Shown: one piece after another, positions 1 to 11,055 of the stretch
Layout of the letters: each line of letters begins with the position of its first letter
Numbering within the stretch: the stretch's first letter is position 1
Assembly: GCA_034226945.1 (NCBI GenBank)
Contig: CP120459.1
Location: 186,001-250,000, forward strand
DNA length: 64,000 nt
DNA from: Picochlorum sp. SENEW3
Lineage: Eukaryota
Reading direction: 5' to 3'
Made by a program: the position numbers and the translations under genes
Notes under the pieces: generated by a model
What the model was told of the DNA's origin: nothing
Database searches by the model: none
The model's input: the letters and a program-made list of their open reading frames with translations, nothing else

Positions 1-1997
1 GAACCAGCGGATGACAATGCATCCAACCGGCCTTGGTGGGAGCAGCACAGGAGGCCACCATGATGAAGCAAATGGCAAGGTGCATCGACACACGATCCTA
101 TATCTCGACTCCAAAGCATGCAATCCTCTATTTTCCATGAATCCTTCAGTAAACTATCGTGTGCCACTTTGGGTCTTTTTCGATCACGGCGGGCGAGGGC
201 TCTGGCAGAATGGTGATGATAGAAAACCTCATCAACAGGCAGATGGAGCTGGTTTGCAATTGCAACGACTGAAGACGAGGTTGCTCCCAAATCAAATATA
301 GAATCCGTCGGCTCAAAAGAGTTCATCGGAATGTCCAAACATTCTGCCAGAGCTTCCATCACACGCTGCTCGCTGGACTCGTTTCTACCGGCAGTGGAGT
401 GATGTTTACACTGATTTACTTGCAGTTGCAATTTGTTCACATCAACCTTGCCAGATAAATTCATTGGAATGTCAACATTGCCATCCATAATGATAACAGC
501 ACTTCCAGGACCTATAATATCCCGACACTTTCTCCTCACATCTGCAAATCCCACATCTTCCCTCCTCCAAAACACAAAGCATACAATCTGCGATGACTCT
601 GCAACTGGCACAAACATAACATCCAGCACCCCATCAACCTGCGCCTTGATATTCTGTATCATTTCATCCACATCGATGAATTCGCCCTTTACTTTTTGCA
701 AACCCCCAGACCGGCCTGTGATCACCAAGTTGCCTTGACTGTCAAAGAATCCTAAATCCCCTGGATACTCGGTCTTCATGCTTCCATGGAAATCGCCAGA
801 AATACAAACACCCCGATCATTATCCACAGTTATTGTAAATCTAGGCAATGCTCTCCCGACAGGGACAGGTTTAGTCTTTTCACGCTCTGTATCAAAGTGT
901 GTGCAGTCAAAATATGTGCAGTCACCCCCAGTTCCAGTGGTCCCATACAAATTACAAATCCTCCTTTCTTGAGAACGGAACACATCTTGCATCATCTTCA
1001 ACAAATCACTATATAAGACCTCCCCTGAAGAGATGGCCACTCGAACGCTCTTCACAAGCTCCTCAATACGATTGACAGAAGCCAGAAGCAGTCTCCACAG
1101 AGTAGGGGGCAGGATGACATGTGTACAGGAATGCTCTTGCCACAAAGACACGAGCTTATACGGGTCCAAATATACTTCAACACTCACACAAAGTATAGAA
1201 ACATGTTTTTCTGTCAACAAAGGGCCAAAGATCTGACACACATGATCAACAAAGCATGTTGGTGTATGAAATGACACAACATCCCCTTGCTCCCTCCATG
1301 GTATCTCGCATGCCTGCCATTCCAATCTATTCATCAATACAGAAATAGATCCATACACAGGCTTTTGGGAATCTCCACTAGTGGTACCACTCGTATATAA
1401 TATGTACAAGGTATCATCAGTGATGATGTCGCATGCCTTGTCCTTCTCTTCCATTTCTTTGGTCTTGTCATCACCATGCCGTTTCCCACAACGTCGAAAC
1501 TCAAATCCTGTCGAATCCATTGTACGGGAGGCTCTAGAAACACGCAGTACAGCGCAGCTGTCAACATCAAAGGATACACCCAAGCCACCAGGGACATCTC
1601 GATCCCCCACCACCACAACACTAGGTTGAAGCTCTGCCACCATCAATGCCAATCGACTCTTAGAATGTCGAGCATGAAGAGGTACAAAAGCGCAATCCAC
1701 CGCCAAGCAGGCCACCGCACTCGCCACGTACAAAACACTATTGTCCAGGTAAATCCCAACAAGAGGCCTTGTTATTGTCACCTGCTGCAGCTCAGAAATG
1801 CACTGTTCCACTAGGCTGAAAAACTCCTCCGTCGTCCAGAAAATCTTTTCATCATCTTTCTCCCCATGATCAAAGCATCCCTCAATGCATAGAGCACGCC
1901 CTTGTCCATTACATGTCCGTGTCTCTCCTCTCCTGCCTTGTCCGTAGAGCCGAATAGCCTGGTACAACTCGACCCGAGACGACGGTACTACTCTCAT
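1..1997 (-). CDS. AASDH/AAE19-like acyl-activating enzyme (adenylation + carrier + PQQ beta-propeller), 3' end outside window
   Basis: Not in the ORF track. Manual minus-strand translation from ATG 1997 gives LYILYTSGTTSG (A3), NLYGTTGTGGDCTYFDC, GDLGFFDSQGNLVITGR (A7/A8), SGKVD (A10), carrier motif IFDLGATSS, and WSRDIGSCVDAP at the start of the PQQ region. Confidence 0.8.
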   Translation of the reverse strand, partial: MRVVPSSRVELYQAIRLYGQGRRGETRTCNGQGRALCIEGCFDHGEKDDEKIFWTTEEFFSLVEQCISELQQVTITRPLVGIYLDNSVLYVASAVACLAVDCAFVPLHARHSKSRLALMVAELQPSVVVVGDRDVPGGLGVSFDVDSCAVLRVSRASRTMDSTGFEFRRCGKRHGDDKTKEMEEKDKACDIITDDTLYILYTSGTTSGDSQKPVYGSISVLMNRLEWQACEIPWREQGDVVSFHTPTCFVDHVCQIFGPLLTEKHVSILCVSVEVYLDPYKLVSLWQEHSCTHVILPPTLWRLLLASVNRIEELVKSVRVAISSGEVLYSDLLKMMQDVFRSQERRICNLYGTTGTGGDCTYFDCTHFDTEREKTKPVPVGRALPRFTITVDNDRGVCISGDFHGSMKTEYPGDLGFFDSQGNLVITGRSGGLQKVKGEFIDVDEMIQNIKAQVDGVLDVMFVPVAESSQIVCFVFWRREDVGFADVRRKCRDIIGPGSAVIIMDGNVDIPMNLSGKVDVNKLQLQVNQCKHHSTAGRNESSEQRVMEALAECLDIPMNSFEPTDSIFDLGATSSSVVAIANQLHLPVDEVFYHHHSARALARRDRKRPKVAHDSLLKDSWKIEDCMLWSRDIGSCVDAPCHLLHHGGLLCCSHQGRLDALSSAG

Positions 1998-2344
1998 AGT
2001 GACTGATAGTCCCCCATAATGGTCCTATATTTCTTTATTATATATCAAGATACCATGCCTGTCTTTTCCGCTGAAAAATCGCATGCAACCAACGCAGAAC
2101 AGCCCTTGCAACCTACTTGCAAACCCGTTCAAACGTTTCTACTCCATTCTCGAACCATCTACGGTCTTCCGAGCGACAGACTACTTTACATTCAACATTA
2201 TAGTGATACATTACTCACAATACCGGTATATCTGGCGGTATATGTGTTCACATTCATATGTTCCTGTGCCTGGAGGCATCTTTTTTTCTTTGAAAAGAAA
2301 AACATGTTCTTGTTTGTATCCATGCGTCGAAAGACTGCCACGTG

Positions 2345-3812
2345 TTAGAGCAAGGATTCGTAATACTCACGCATCTCTGGGTCAAGCATCATCAGAGCTG
2401 TCTCATCATCCAGGACTGTATGTGCAGCCTCAGCCAAGAGATTTGCCAGCTTTGCAAATCTTCCCAGAGCTGCAATCTTGCAGGCGGTGTTCCCACTCTC
2501 ATCCTTGATCTTCAGATCAACCTCAACAGTATCAACGAGGTATTTCACAACATCAATATGGCCATCAAGGCAAGCAAGCATGAGCCCCGTCCTTCCTTCA
2601 CAATCTGTCTGATTCATGTCAATCTCAACAGTTTCAACAAGGCATTTCACAACCTCAAGACGGCCACGAAGGCACGCAAGCATAAACCCTGTTTTTCCTA
2701 CAAGATTTTTTTTATGCACATTACACTGTTGTGTATCAAGGAGATATTTCACCACGTCGAGATGTCCCTCACGGCAGGCATACATGAAGGGTGTTGTACC
2801 ATCATCATCCCAGTCTTCAATATTCACTGTACACTGCTCCAACACAAGTACCTTACTACATCCACATGCCCACCATAACATGCATGCATCAACGCCTTGC
2901 GCCCATAATCATCTTCATAATAATTCAATTCAGCTTCGCCAAGATCGACAAAGAACCTCACCACATCCATATAACCACCAAAGCATGCATGCATGAAGGG
3001 TGTTTTGCCAAACTCATCCGGCGCGTGTATCGCCACCCTATCGCTGTCCATCAGATATTTCATAATATCTATATGAGAATTGCAACACGCATACATGAAG
3101 GGCGTATTCCAGTCATCATCCCGGTCCTCTGGATCAATTGTGCTCTTCTCCAACAAGAATGTGACAGTCTCCAGGTGACCATTCGCCGCCGCCTTATGCA
3201 GTGGATGCTTGTCACAGGGCCACTGATATTCATGAAGAATTCTATCGATAATCTCCACATCCAAGCCAGCCTTACAGGCGCCAGCCAGAAGATCCACATC
3301 ATATTTGGACCTCATCTCTTCTATATGGCGTGCACATGCGTCAGCTCCCACGATCGACCCATCCTCTGCAGAGATCCGCTTGGAAAATTCCACCAACTAC
3401 TTTTGAGCACTAATACCAGTTCGAACAATATTATACACACGCCACGGAACGTACGTAAAATACTTGAAATGGCTCAACACCTCCTCACTTGTAGTGAGTG
3501 TGTCCAGCAGCGTCCATACATGTGTGTCCAGCTTATGCAGGGCACACTTTATCCCATTCTTCGCATGATCAACAGGCGTTTTGACGATACCTTCCTCCTC
3601 CTCTTCGAAAACAGGATGCAAGTACCTGGCGTTTTTCCTACAAAAATGCTTTTTCAAGTCTTGAGAAACCCCAAAGCATGCAAACTCACCCAGGCCTGGA
3701 CCTCCTTCAAAGAGTATGCATTACTCAAATGATGCAAGATGGTCTCCTGAATCAAACCTGGACCAAGCACTTGCTGCCAGACATCCGCCGAAAGCTTTCG
3801 CTTACGCGACAT
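2345..3812 (-). pseudogene. Ankyrin-repeat protein, disrupted (two frameshifts + in-frame TAG)
   Basis: Repeats such as HPLHKAAANGHLETVTFLL, TPFMYACREGHLDVVKYLL, GRTGLMLACLDGHIDVVKYLV are split across ORFs 2345-2881, 2824-3396 and 3397-3657. Likely ATG 3812 (MSRKRKLSADVWQQ). Lesions: frameshift near 3670, TAG 3397-3399, extra TG 2843-2844. Confidence 0.75.
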
Positions 3813-4011
3813 GTCACAACCAGATCTGGTTCAAGAGTCCATTTATTATACCAACCAGATCGGCAGAGCTTTTTTTACAGCAACAACAAGAAGTATTGAA
3901 TAATTGGGTGGAGATTGATGCTGATTTCTTTTCTTCATGGTTTCCATGATTTCCGGTGCTGTCATCTGGGGTTTGCTGTTGTTTTCAAAAAAAGAAAAAA
4001 GTATTTGAATC

Positions 4012-4071
4012 CCAGGCGCCTGGACTCCGCGGCCGGCCGGCCGGAGTCCTGGATCCAGGAATTCCGGGAAT
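4012..4071. repeat. GC-rich chain of overlapping palindromes
   Basis: CCAGGCGCCTGG 4012-4023; GGACTCCG/CGGAGTCC 4022-4049 enclosing GGCCGGCCGGCC; TCCTGGATCCAGGA 4047-4060; GGAATTCC 4058-4065; ATTCC-g-GGAAT 4061-4071. Confidence 0.9.
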
Positions 4072-4189
4072 GATGATGATCACAAGCCATGACCGGACAT
4101 ATCCTTCAAGAATTATCCATATTTGTATTCAAAGGAAAAGGAAATTTCAGACGCAGTGACAGAGAGAGAAAGAAAAAAGGCTGGCAAGC

Positions 4190-6700
4190 ATGGCTCGAGT
4201 GACATGTCAAGGCCGTGACATGTTCCAGTCCTTGTTTCCGAAATCAGGGGCTACAAACCACCCCTTAGTAGTACCCAGATTTGGTATGAAAAGAAGAACA
4301 AGTATTATTATTCCCTTTGAGACGCATCGGAGGCGGATACGGTCTCTGAAAGGACGTGGGATTGTGAAAACGAGCGCATTTCTTCTAGGTGGTATCAGTC
4401 AAAAGGGAGAACCGTTGACGATTCCATTAAACTTTTATGAGTTATTACATGTGAGTCGAGGGGCGAGTAAAGACGCAATCTATCGTTCCTATGAGCGACT
4501 GATTTCGAATCCGCCAGATGTTGGGTTTAGCGAATGGTCTCTCCAGGCCAGGAAGTCGGTTCTTGAAGGGGCTATAGAGACGTTGGGGACTCCAACGATT
4601 CGACGAGAGTATGATGAGAGGTTAGCGTTGGGGGCGATTGAGGAGACTGTTCCAGCTCGATATGTGAGTGGGGTGCTTATTTTGTTGCATGAGGCTGGCA
4701 AGTATGATGCGGTGATATCGACGGGGACGGCATGGTTGTCGTCGTTTCCGCGACATAAAGGGGCAAAGGATGTGGCGACGGTTGTGAGTTGTTCTTATGT
4801 GACGTCTGCGCGGGAGATGATTGAGGCGAGGGAGAGTCTTACAGAGGCCACGGCCTTTTTGGAGCGTGCCAAGGAGCTTTTGGTGAGGTATCATGGGTCT
4901 CTTCAGATTTTGGATATTGTGGAGAAGACGCTGAGTGATTTGGGTCCTCGATTGGCGATGGAAATGATTTCATCGACGGATACAGGGACTCGGCATGAGG
5001 GTATTCTGTTGTTGCCCATGGCATTGGAGGGGTTGAAGAAGGAGTCTCCTCGTGATAGGAGGTCGCACCAAGCTTGGATATCGTACTTGGATAGAGTTCG
5101 GCAGTTGTTATCTGCGGATGAGCTGATCGAGTTGTTCAATGTTTCTGAGCACCTGTTTACAGATGCGAGAGAATTGTATTATGTTGCTGTGGCTCATATT
5201 GCTGCTGGGGTGAGACAGGAGGAGCCGAAATTGATTCGTACTGCAAAGGAATTGCTGATTAAGGCGGATTCGATTGCGAAGAAACAGCAGACAGATTCAG
5301 ATGAGGTTACCATGGCAGGGATTCGGTCAAGAAAGGTTGTGGAAGAGCAGCAGCGGCGTACCATGGCACGTTGCTGCACCGAGCTGTTGCTTGGTGATAG
5401 TGGAGCTGCTGCAGATGTGCTTGGATTGAGGAATGATCCAGTGACGTGTGATAGGCAAATGTATTTGTTCATTAAGAATAATTCCAGAGGTGCTGAGACA
5501 TTGCTGCCTGGGTTGTGTGTGTTGGTGGAGAGGTGGACGAATGAGGTTGCTTTGGCATCGTTTTATAAGAATCGTGTTCCATTTAGTTTGAATGATTGGT
5601 TTGAAAGTGCCAAGGTGGTGTCGTTTATCGAAAATATGGAGGAGAGTAGAGTGGGTGGGGTGGTGCAGGGTATTGCATCATGGTTTGTATCTCCAGTGAT
5701 CAACTTTTTCACGAATAGAGAAAAAGCACCTCAGCATGGTGGAAGCGTAGAGAATGCCATGAAGATTGATGAGGAGGCATTGGTGTTGGATGAGGAAGAG
5801 CGCCATGCAGAAGAAGAAGATTATGTGACGTACATGCAGCAGCATCAGGAGGAGGTGGAAGTGGAAGTGGAAGAGAGGCAACGTCCAGTGGTGGCTGAAG
5901 ACTCAAGGCCCGACTATGAAACCTTCCATGAAGAAAGCACCGTTGTTGAAGAGGCTGTCCAGCCGCTCTCATTCCAAGAGACTTCGTCTTTTCAGGAGAG
6001 GAATCAACTGCTGGAGGAAGAGAAGGATGGACTGGAAAAGAATGAGAATGAATACATGAGAGGTATGGAAAATGTCAGGCTGTTTGATGATGACGATCTT
6101 CCTCACGCGATTGATGCGTCATCTATTGCACCGATTGGGGGTGAAGATTCATGGATGAAGAGCGCGTACGAGGCACGCCGTGTACGTTGGGGACGCGTGA
6201 CTGCAACTGGTCTCCTGCTTCTTGCCGGGCTCTCTGCTCCGTTGGGCAGGCTTGGTGGCCATAGTATTATCAGTAAATACATTCCCGTAGCTAGAATAGG
6301 ATATAATACTTCATCCAATGTATTGAGTAGGGGGCAGGCGTATGCAATCATTAACAAATGGCAAAAGATCAAGTCGGATGCCCTTGGGAAAAGTCACAAG
6401 ACAGCAAGCCTCCCACAGATTCTTGGCGAACCTATGTCGCAGGAGTGGAATGCACGAGCAGTAGACTTGAAGAAAAAAGGTATTCACTATGTTCATACGA
6501 AACACGAATGCAAAATCAAGCGGGTTCGCCGGATTTCATCAGACAGCCATGAGGTGACTGCCGAGATTCGGGAAGACATTGCTGTGTACAAGGCTGATGG
6601 TTCGAGCCCTCAATCCATCCCATCTTCTTACAGAGTCAAGTACGATATCTCTTACATCGGAAACAGCTGGAAACTAATGAAAGCTACCATCCAAGGATAG
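4190..6700 (+). CDS. ARC6: Plastid division protein ARC6/Ftn2-like
   Basis: Transit-like N-terminus, J-like domain (IPLNFYELLHVSRGAS...PPDVGFSEWSLQARK), LLPGLCVLVERW motif, TM segment, C-terminal IMS domain (WQKIKSDALGKSH...YRVKY...WKL). Confidence 0.9.
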   Translation: MARVTCQGRDMFQSLFPKSGATNHPLVVPRFGMKRRTSIIIPFETHRRRIRSLKGRGIVKTSAFLLGGISQKGEPLTIPLNFYELLHVSRGASKDAIYRSYERLISNPPDVGFSEWSLQARKSVLEGAIETLGTPTIRREYDERLALGAIEETVPARYVSGVLILLHEAGKYDAVISTGTAWLSSFPRHKGAKDVATVVSCSYVTSAREMIEARESLTEATAFLERAKELLVRYHGSLQILDIVEKTLSDLGPRLAMEMISSTDTGTRHEGILLLPMALEGLKKESPRDRRSHQAWISYLDRVRQLLSADELIELFNVSEHLFTDARELYYVAVAHIAAGVRQEEPKLIRTAKELLIKADSIAKKQQTDSDEVTMAGIRSRKVVEEQQRRTMARCCTELLLGDSGAAADVLGLRNDPVTCDRQMYLFIKNNSRGAETLLPGLCVLVERWTNEVALASFYKNRVPFSLNDWFESAKVVSFIENMEESRVGGVVQGIASWFVSPVINFFTNREKAPQHGGSVENAMKIDEEALVLDEEERHAEEEDYVTYMQQHQEEVEVEVEERQRPVVAEDSRPDYETFHEESTVVEEAVQPLSFQETSSFQERNQLLEEEKDGLEKNENEYMRGMENVRLFDDDDLPHAIDASSIAPIGGEDSWMKSAYEARRVRWGRVTATGLLLLAGLSAPLGRLGGHSIISKYIPVARIGYNTSSNVLSRGQAYAIINKWQKIKSDALGKSHKTASLPQILGEPMSQEWNARAVDLKKKGIHYVHTKHECKIKRVRRISSDSHEVTAEIREDIAVYKADGSSPQSIPSSYRVKYDISYIGNSWKLMKATIQG

Positions 6701-6718
6701 AAGAATGTAATCAAGTCA

Positions 6719-8768
6719 TCATCGCCTTTTTGGTTTTCTAGCACCTTTTTGATTCCTCTTCTTATCAGGAGCCATGCGTGGTACAAACGTGATCTCTTTA
6801 TTATTGCTACCACCGACTCTCTTTCGAACACCTGTTTGTACCGAACGCATACCAAGCGGCATTTCTCTTTCTTTCTGCAGTGATTTGCCCTTGGTGTATG
6901 CTCTTGCAGACTTTTCATCTTTTGCCACATACATCTTGGGTGCACGCCGATGCCCTGCTGGCACCTCGACCTCATCATCTTCGTCACTACTACTTTGATC
7001 ACCATCGTGATATTCTTCGTCGTGTGATGGCTCTGGAGAAGATTCTTCTTCCAACTGCTCAAAGTGCTCGGCCAACAATTTCTTGTCCTTTGCAGGATCA
7101 GTGTTTGGATGGAGCTGTTTGAATTCCTCACTATTTACGTCAATAGTGAATTCTGGATCCTCAAACATGGCAGCAAATCGAGGATCATGGAGCACATTAG
7201 TCTCTGGCTTCTTCTTCTTGCTCTTTGATTGTTCCTCCAAAATCAAGCGTGCAGCTGTTGTAGCATTCACCTTTGGAAGCTTCTTGCCAGCTGAAATCCT
7301 ACTCTTTCTCTCTTCCTCCATTTTTTCTTCAATCTTCTTCTTCTTATACGTCTCATACGCAAATGGATCAGCTATAGACTTGGCTTTATTGTAAAGCCTA
7401 TTGTCAATAAAGTACCCATGCATGTATGCCCTCAACATGGGCGTGCCAATCAAATGTGTCAAACTCAACTTCTCCAAGTCGCCCTTTGTCACAAATCTAT
7501 AATCATCATACATGCCTGTAGCATGATTTTCTTCCATTTCTTCCGTCAAATTCTCCAAAAACGAACACCACGGTGGAGCAGGCCCCAAGGATGGAATAAA
7601 GTATGCCTGGATCCTTGAACTATCACAGCCAGCCATAATCAACCCACTATCCTTCCACAACGCGACATCATTAATCTCAGATCCATCACCTGGTTCAATA
7701 TTTGTATGCGCTTCTCCCGTATCAGCATCCCATATCTTGATGATGTGCTTATCCGAGGAGACCACATGCCTTGTCCCAGATCCAAATGGATCAGTCTGAA
7801 ACTTCAAATCAATAATCGGAGAATCATACATATGATCCTTTGTGATCATCGGTTTGGATGATCGAAGGTCAAAAATCGATACAATACCTCCGCTCGTCCC
7901 AACAGCTACATTCAAACCTCCCTGATCAAACCTCACAGCTGTCAACTGTTGCCCATCGGCTCCAGATGCAGCTGCAGCATTCATCCAACCCAACGATTCT
8001 CGCTGCCTCACATCAAAGCACTCCAAGCCACCATCCTCTCCCGCACACGCAAACAAACCATGCGATGGTGATATACCACATGCATTAATAGCAGAAGACC
8101 GAGTCTGCAATGGAGACAGAAACCTCCCTTCAGACAGATTCAAGCGATACACCTCTGGAGCAGATCCAGTTACCAAGAGTTCAGCTGAAGACGCTGAATA
8201 CGCTAAATCTCTACCGAATCGAGGAACTCGCACTCGATAATACGCCCCAAACTTGGCATGAAAATGCAATGATCGATCAGCACAGAGAAACACTGCTTTT
8301 GAATAATCCTCTGACAATATCTGAAAATCCACAATCTCAGAATCCAGATACCGCTCAAACTTCATAGACAGCTGCGATAAATCATACACTCGAACTCGAG
8401 GCGGATGATACCCAGTCGCAAATATATATTGGCCATCTGGCGTAGCTTTAATACGTTGGCATGCAGCAGGAAATTCAAAATCCTGTATCAACTCAATCCT
8501 CTTCCTATATTCTTCATCCTTCCTCAGCGATTTCTTCTTCGCATCTGACACCCAAGATGGAATACTCTTACCCCCCGCCACGGAGTACACCTGCAGAGTA
8601 ATAATAATTAAAATAATACTAAGGACATGCCAAGCACAAGTCACTCCCAACCAAGAATCGCTCAGAGCCTATTCATTCATACAATACATCCTCTATGCTT
8701 ATCATTAAAATATGAGTAGAACATACCTTGACTCCGTCAGAAGACGAAACTTTCAGAGTACTTGCCAT
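6719..8768 (-). CDS. NOL10: Nucleolar protein 10 / Enp2 (WD40, 18S rRNA biogenesis)
   Basis: RIELIQDFEFP, YFIPSLGPAPPWCSFLENLTEEMEE, LRAYMHGYFID, NUC153-like DPRFAAMFEDPEFTID. Exon 1 8768-8727 (MASTLKVSSSDGVK), intron 8726-8591. Confidence 0.93.
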
Positions 8769-8862
8769 GCCCACTTGCGCCCATGCATTCCCTTTTTTAA
8801 TTTCCTACTCGTCGTCTTACTCACCCAGTGAGACTACTATATCGTTAAATATTAAATAACAC

Positions 8863-10444
8863 TTATTGAGTCATGCCAGAAATAATTGGCCACGCAGATG
8901 CCTGCCATTCGTCATCCCACCGTCCATAGGGGTGCCTCTCAAGGTACTCCATCATCCCGGCCACCTTGCCTTGCGTCTCAAACAGTTCCTGCAGATTCTC
9001 AACGAGCTCTGAGGATGTCGTAAACAGCATTCCATTCTCACCTTCTCGCACCATCTCATCTGCCAAACACGGATACGACAGTGCACAGACAGGGAGATGA
9101 CTGCCAAACATGTCAACAATCTTCATGGGAAGATCTACACCACTACTGGACGCGTGGAGTGATATTCCGACATCCGCAGACCCTAACAATACAGGATAAT
9201 CTTCAGGTTCCAACCATACTGTTCTAATAGCAACCTTGTGCAGGTCCAGAGACTGCATTCGTTGGACATACATGGCCTTTTGTGGACCTCTCCCCGTCAC
9301 AAAAAGAACAAGCGTCGGTAGATGCGAGGATGTCTGCGCAACTGCATCATACTGCACCATGGCGTCCAAAAGAATACCAAAATCTTCATCCGGTGTCCAA
9401 CTAGTACTCGTCACGAGGACTCGATGACCTCTCGCATCATTGTCTTCTGTAGCAGACTGAAACAAGTCATCGCCACTGCACAGCACTCCAGACTCCACCA
9501 TGGATGCAAGGCAATCATGAATATGCATTGGTTCTCTCAAACACGGACGCAGTGTTTCAAACAAGTCCCACTTTTCTTTCGAGCTCCGTCGTCCTCGAAA
9601 CAATCCAGGTGGTTTGTCATAAAACACAGTTGCGTGGGTGTGCCGATATTCATGTTTCAAGACCTCTGCCATGGCACGCGTCACGCACACATGACCATCA
9701 GCATATGGGGCAAAGAGTTTCTCATACACTTTTGCAATACGTGATAACACTCCACCTCCCATGAGTGTATGAGCAAAATTGTGCCAATCAAATACCAACC
9801 TGGCACCTCGCACCCGAGATGCTAGGATACACAAGGCCATGGTTGGTATCGCTGGCGGTATCTGCAACAGAATAACATCAGGCCGAGGAAGCTGAATGCA
9901 TAACATTTTGAACAGAACGATTGCTTGGAATAATGCTTTGAATACTTTCCTCGCCATGGACACGAGTGTCCCACCACTGGCTTGTCCCGCCATCCATGCA
10001 GGCCTGCATGCCAATCACACACAACAAGACCAATGATTCATCTCATCTCATAGAGATAGATAACGCATGTGTTGTTTCTACAATATATACAAATAAATAT
10101 CGTACGTTGTAGGAATATACGAGGTCACCAACGTTCCAGCAGAACATGCCTCTTCCAGCTCAGGAATCAGCCGTGCCCCCTGGTACCCAACCATATGAAC
10201 ATGCTCATACGTGCCCTGTACTCCAGCAACAAGCGTCACAACTACACGTATACAATGATACATCATAAAAAGATCAACACACCGTTTGACACAGAGACAG
10301 TGCATGGTATTGCATCCGAGGACTCCTCCCAGCATCCCCAAGCACAACCACCCAAGCTCGTCTGTGTGTGCCTGTTGTACTCTCCTTCTTCCCATGAGGC
10401 TGCTCATGCTTTGATGCTGCTGCCTTCTTCTTCTTCTTCACCAT
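8863..10444 (-). CDS. ALG1: Chitobiosyldiphosphodolichol beta-mannosyltransferase
   Basis: Exon 1 from ATG 10444 contains VVVLGDAGRSPRMQYHALSL; later DWHNFAHT, STSWTPDEDFGILL, LHASSSGVDLPMKIVDMFG. Contains 5' introns. Confidence 0.92.
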
Positions 10445-11055
10445 TTTTATTTATTGTAAGGTAATACTATTATCAATTGCATGAATGATCTCTATCATGA
10501 GAGATTTCTGCCGTTGAACACACACCATTGAGGTTTTTATATATTTATATACGGAGACTCTCTATGCAAATCGAAGACTGAATCGGTCCATGATTCGGTT
10601 GATGGGACCACATACTGATTCAATGCCTGCGCCTTACTCATCGACGGCATCTTCCGACAGTGTGTGCCCCCACAAGCGTAGAATTATATGACTGTACCAA
10701 GTATACGGATATAAAAGTCGTTGGAAGAATAAAATCAACACCAGGGGGGTGTACAGTACCGGTCATTGACGGAATTAATTAATTGGAACAGACCGACGAC
10801 GACGACGAGAACAATGCGTTGCGTGAGGGCAATCGATACGTCCTTTTCCTTACGGATATCATCTCATGTGTATTCTCGAATACGAGAATTGGAGATGAGT
10901 ATGCGAATACGACCGTGAGGCTGGAATTCATACTTGACGAATTATTACCTACTAGGTCACAGGAAACGCTAGTCTAGTGTAGTGCTCGCTGTTTGGGTAT
11001 TACTCGATAGAGATACAAACATACATTTAGAATTTGACGTCGCATTTTGGTTGGG

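Noticed and set aside
2791..3732. 313-aa plus-strand ORF
   Set aside because: Antisense to the ankyrin pseudogene; His/Ile-rich shadow with no family features.
10480..10790. Possible snoRNA or tRNA in a structured intergenic region
   Set aside because: No clear tRNA cloverleaf or well-placed C/D or H/ACA boxes; counted only as part of the palindrome pattern. An Rfam scan would settle it.
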